A stretch of 32,705 nt of DNA, the filler included, from an uncultured virus (IMG/VR IMGVR_UViG_2061766007_002310) (Duplodnaviria > Heunggongvirae > Uroviricota > Caudoviricetes). It is 5 parts of one record of this genome, joined end to end, with 100 filler letters (N's around TTAATTAATTAA, not from the genome) between each part and the next. Parts side by side here need not be neighbours in the genome. Positions count along the whole stretch, not along the records: positions 28,696 to 32,705 come from IMGVR_UViG_2061766007_002310; 4 more parts are not named here. The stretch is one strand, 5' to 3'. Of this stretch, positions 28,852 to 32,705 are shown piece by piece (positions within the stretch are counted from its first letter, which is position 1; the number at the start of each line of letters is the position of its first letter). The notes below the pieces were generated by a model. It searched no databases and had not been told where the DNA came from. It was given only the letters and a program-made list of their open reading frames with translations. Both the position numbers and the translations under genes were made by a program.

Positions 28852-29346
28852 TTATTTTTCGAACAAGGCGTCGTATATCTGCGTAACCGCTTCCATCATG
28901 GGAGTCTGCGGCTGNNNNNNNNNNCAGTCACGGTTTGCCATCCATTCCCTTATGATGGCGTACATGTCCGGGCTGTTCCTCACGTCGTTCTCGACCTCGT
29001 CTGAACTCTTGGTTCCGATGTCATGCGCCACGTTCTGCCCGATGTCCCAGATGTGCGTATTCAGCGCGTTTTCGTACGCCTTGCGAGAACCGTCGCCCAG
29101 TAGCAGCTCNNNNNNNNNNTATCGTATGCGCCCTTCGCAACGTCGTGGAAACCGAGCGCAGACACGCTCTCCAGCACTGCGCAGAANNNNNNNNNNCATC
29201 TGCTGCAGATGATCATCGGCTGCGGACTTGGACTTGTGAGATGAGAGAACAGTTCCCTTCGCTGTCTTTCCGTCACCGCATGAAACGATTACCCAAGGAG
29301 CAGATTCGCCCTTGGAATTCTTGTGACCCTTCCTATACTGCACCAT
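28852..29346 (-). CDS. fragmented hypothetical protein(s): MVQYRKGHKNSKGESAPW... and ...PMMEAVTQIYDALFEK*
   Basis: GGAGG RBS before ATG 29346; several gaps, so joining is uncertain; 29120-29186 is a duplicate of the upstream gene. Confidence 0.5.
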   Translation of the reverse strand: MVQYRKGHKNSKGESAPWVIVSCGDGKTAKGTVLSSHKSKSAADDHLQQMXXXXLRSAGERVCARFPRRCEGRIRXXXXELLLGDGSRKAYENALNTHIWDIGQNVAHDIGTKSSDEVENDVRNSPDMYAIIREWMANRDXXXXQPQTPMMEAVTQIYDALFEK

Positions 29347-29896
29347 AGATGCCTCCCTTGCGGATGATCTCCGCATAGTGCTTCGCCATGCGGTAGTTGC
29401 TGGACTTGAGGTACTTTTCCCAAGCGGCCTTGCCGTGCTTGAATATATAGCGTGCGATGATAGGCATTACGGTCGTGTTAAGGATTTCGTTGGCCTTCGA
29501 TTCACGTTCCTTCTCTTCCGGAGTATGAGCCATCTCCATGAGAGCCTCGGAGTCGTTGAACGCCGACTCGAACATGAACTTGGTAGGAATGCCCATATTG
29601 GCTTCGGTAATCATGTAAGCATCGTATGCGCCCTTAGCAACGTCGTGGAAACCGAGCGCAGACACGCTCTCCAGCACTGCGCAGAACTGCATCGCACGGT
29701 TGACGGCTTCCAGAACCGGGTTGGGAATACCGGCCTTCTGGCGGATGTTGTCGATATAGCCGCCACGGCGGATAGCCTTGTCGAAATCGGGCTTCATGAT
29801 GTAGTTGATGTACTCGGTATCGCCGAACTGCGACAGATAGGAGTTGAGCCAAGTGAGCGCCTTGTGGAATATGCGGTAGTCCTTGTCAAATGACGC
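29333..29896 (-). CDS. hypothetical protein, 5' partial, possible virion internal protein
   Basis: Frame open to the gap; VLEA, VLES, ITEA, MFES motifs. Confidence 0.65.
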   Translation of the reverse strand, partial: ASFDKDYRIFHKALTWLNSYLSQFGDTEYINYIMKPDFDKAIRRGGYIDNIRQKAGIPNPVLEAVNRAMQFCAVLESVSALGFHDVAKGAYDAYMITEANMGIPTKFMFESAFNDSEALMEMAHTPEEKERESKANEILNTTVMPIIARYIFKHGKAAWEKYLKSSNYRMAKHYAEIIRKGGIYGAV

Positions 29897-29907
29897 CNNN
29901 NNNNNNN

Positions 29908-30250
29908 GAAATCGTATATTGCTGGATTAAGTTGCCTTGGCGGGGATCCCATGGAACCTGAGAACCAAGCCGCCTTGCTTCCGTTGCTTACTCGTTTCAA
30001 GGAAATGTATCCTGAAAAGACCTTATGGATCTACACCGGCTACATTCTGGAGAGAGACTTGCTTCCTGGCCAGAGAAAGCACGTAGAAGTGGTCACAGAC
30101 CGCATTCTTGACTTGGTGGATACTTTGGTCGACGGGCCGTTTGTACAAGACAAGAGAGATCTTTCGTTACGGTTCCGTGGTAGTTCTAACCAGCGGCTGC
30201 TGTCGAGGGCGGAAATCGCTGAAATTAGAAGTGAACTACGCACAGCCTAA
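29908..30250 (+). CDS. nrdG: NrdG activase, 3' part (allele carrying the IS insertion)
   Basis: [27 protein letters not shown]. Confidence 0.9.
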
Positions 30251-30441
30251 AGGATGTGAGCTTCGCGTTGCGTATCGTTGTTTCCCGCGCATTTAACCGC
30301 AGTCCCTGCGGCGAATAATCTTTTCCCTTCGGTAAGGATGTTGATGGCGGCATTGACGTCACGGTCGTGTGACGTGCCGCACTGCGGACAAGTCCACGAC
30401 CTTACGTTCAAGTCCTTTGTCAACGTATTCTTGAACCCACA
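30231..30441 (-). mobile_element. tnpB: IS200/IS605-family tnpB 3' end (stop at 30247) with right end / omegaRNA region
   Basis: [32 protein letters not shown]; end sequence GAAGCTCACATCC-TTTA-GGCTGTGCGTAGTTCAC. Confidence 0.9.
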
Positions 30442-30451
30442 NNNNNNNNNN

Positions 30452-32127
30452 GCAGATCATGTCGGTCGCTCGTGACTACATGGCTGGTGAAGTGTCCAAG
30501 GACATTTCGATGCGCTATTTAATACCGTCAGACATCTACAAGGCGCATAAAGATGGTATCATTCATTTCCACGACTTGGATTACTTCGCCATGCTGGAAC
30601 ACAACTGCGACTTGTGGAACCTTGAGGACATGCTCACTAATGGCACGGTTATTAACAATAAGCAGATTGATCCTCCGCATACGTTCTTGACAGCGTGTAC
30701 TATCACATCGCAGATTTCGGCAGTTATCTCGTCGTCCCAGTATGGTGGACAGACATTTACACTGTCTCACCTAGCACCATTTGTTGAAAAGACTCGTCAG
30801 TATTTCCGTGACCACGATCGTGAAGAGCCTCAGTTCAAGAAGATGACTGACGAAGAGTTCGAGGCTTACGTAGAGTATAACACTCGTCGTAACATCCGTG
30901 ACGGTATTCAGACGCTTAACTATCAGCTCAATACGATCAGCGGTACAAACGGTCAGACGCCGTTCGTATCGATCTGCATGTACCTTGGCGAAGTTGAAGA
31001 TCCTCATACGAAGAATGACCTTGCCTTGGTGATCGAAGAGGTTCTTAAGCAGCGTATTTCTGGCATGAAGAATGACCGTGGTGAAGCTATTTCGCAAGCA
31101 TTCCCTAAGCTGCTCTATATCTTGGAAGAAGACAATATCGAACGTGACGGTAAGTANNNNNNNNNNTACGATGGGTTGTCGTTCTATTTTGTCTGTATGG
31201 ACTGATCCAAAGACGAAGAAGGCTAAGTTCTACGGTCGTTTCAATAAGGGTGTAGTTTCTATCAACTTGCCTTATGCCGCATTGCTGTCTGGTGGTGATA
31301 TGGAAAAGTTCTGGTTTATCCTTGACCAGAAACTTGAACTTTGCCACCGTGCATTGAGACTCCGTCATGAACATCTGGTAGGCGTGAAGTCTGATGTAGC
31401 TCCTATCTTGTGGCAGCACGGCGCATTGGCTCGCCTTAAACCGGGTGAAACTATTGACAAGCTCCTTGTTGGCGGTTATTCTACTATTTCATTGGGCTAT
31501 GTCGGCCTTTGGGAAACTGTTAAGTACATGACTGGCGAGAATACTTGGGATGAAAAGGGTCACGAATTTGCTGTGGCTGTCATGAAACACCTCAAGGAAA
31601 TGTGTGAACTGTGGGATAGCGTCGAACACATTGGCTACAGCTTGTACGGTACACCGGAAGAGTCATTGACACANNNNNNNNNNNNNNNNNNNNNNNNNNN
31701 NNNNNNNNNNNNNNNNNNNNNNNNNNNNNNNNNNNNNNNNNNNNNNNNNNNNNNNNNNNNNNNNNNNNNNNNNNNNNNNNNNNNNNNNNNNNNNNNNNNN
31801 NNNNNNNNNNNNNNNNNNNNNNNNNNNNNACCGATTACTCAGAACAAGGAAGCTGTTCTCGCTATTATCCGCTACATCTACGACAATATCGTGTATTGCG
31901 AAATCAATAACATGGGTTCGTGTCATTGCTCCAAGTGCAATACTGATGGACATGTGGTCTTGGTACCGGATGAACACGGCAAGTTGCACTGGCATTGTAA
32001 CAACTGCGGCAACGAGGACTTGTCCTTGCTTACTTGCGTTGTGCGTGTTTGTGGCTATCTGTCATCTGGTAATGCAGTGAACCAAGGTCGTCTCGAAGAC
32101 ATCATGCACCGTAAACCCCATATCTAG
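30452..32127 (+). CDS. nrdD: anaerobic (class III) ribonucleoside-triphosphate reductase, partial with gaps
   Basis: HFHDLDY, SSQYGGQT, GQTPF, FPKL, MGCRS, GRFNKGVVSINL, YGTPEESL, C-terminal Zn-site Cys and RVCGYL. Confidence 0.95.
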
Positions 32128-32130
32128 TCT

Positions 32131-32522
32131 ATGAAGTACGGTGACATTAAGATGTGTGATTCCGCTAATGGCGACGGCGTTCGTGTATCGCTGTTCGTCA
32201 GCGGATGTCGTAACCATTGTCCCGGTTGTTTCAACGAAGCGACTTGGGATTTTGACTACGGTAAGGAATTTACTGAGATAGAAGCAAATGAAATACTGGA
32301 AGGATGCGGTAGATCGTATATTTCTGGATTAAGTTGCCTGGGCGGGGATCCGCTTGAACAAGAGAACCAAGCCGCATTGCTTCCATTGCTCAATCGGTTC
32401 AAGGAAATGTATCCGGAAAAGACCTTGTGGATCTATACAGGCTACATTCTGGAGAGAGACTTGCTTCCTGGTCAGAGAAAACACGTAGAAGTGGTCACAG
32501 ACCGCATTCTCGACTTGGTGGA
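32131..32522 (+). CDS. nrdG: anaerobic RNR activating radical SAM protein, 3' partial
   Basis: ANGDGVRVSLFVSGCRNHCPGCFN; directly follows nrdD. Confidence 0.95.
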
Positions 32523-32705
32523 NNNNNNNNNNCGGTCTGTACGGAGAAGCATCTTGTCGTTCGGACTCAGCGGAATATCTTGCNNNNNNNNNNTGCATCT
32601 TCCTTCGGAATGCCAAGGTCTAATAGCTTCCCATAGGTTTCCGCNNNNNNNNNNAGAAGTCGTTATAGATTAGCGATTCGTGCAGAGAGCACTTGGTGTA
32701 TTCTG

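Noticed and set aside
1..32705. Stop-codon reassignment, tRNAs, CRISPR arrays, introns or inteins
   Set aside because: TAA, TAG and TGA all terminate well-supported genes; no cloverleaf, repeat-spacer array or intein motif was seen by eye, though gaps could hide them.
32533..32705. Three 51-nt fragments resembling spacers
   Set aside because: Separated only by 10-N gaps with no repeats; one is a thyX duplicate, so they are assembly debris.
1..32705. Bacterial chromosome origin or a specific host assignment
   Set aside because: Dense small hypothetical genes mixed with isolated ligA, thyX, nrdDG and phoH fit a large phage better, although no structural hallmark gene is in the window; an anaerobic gut/rumen host such as Fibrobacter is only a guess without spacer or homology searches.

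Overview
Fragmented, strain-mixed assembly of what is most likely a large (jumbo-type) tailed dsDNA phage genome using the standard genetic code. At least five scaffolds are joined by artificial N44-TTAATTAATTAA-N44 linkers. About 10-N gaps are often flanked by SNP-bearing duplicate fragments, so many genes appear split, duplicated or mis-oriented. Recognisable genes: anaerobic ribonucleotide reductase nrdD/nrdG, thyX, NAD-dependent DNA ligase, PhoH with an added CxxCxGxG zinc-finger tail, a PF10127-type nucleotidyltransferase, an AAA ATPase, a radical SAM enzyme, a DUF1848-like protein, an AEP-fold protein, a DUF1653 fusion, a metallophosphoesterase, a glycosyltransferase-like protein, an acyl-carrier-protein homolog, and the 3' end of an IS605-type tnpB inserted into nrdG. 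Highlights: (1) the ACP has Glu in place of the essential phosphopantetheine-accepting Ser36 and ends a phosphoesterase/glycosyltransferase operon; (2) an unannotated 52-aa RiPP-like precursor peptide is translationally coupled to the nucleotidyltransferase; (3) a Cys-rich peptide is coupled to a radical SAM enzyme whose N-terminus differs between alleles; (4) a family of TTGACn-N17-TATATT promoters, many predicting leaderless mRNAs, including one embedded in a covarying terminator hairpin. All family calls come from motifs recognised by eye; no database search was run.
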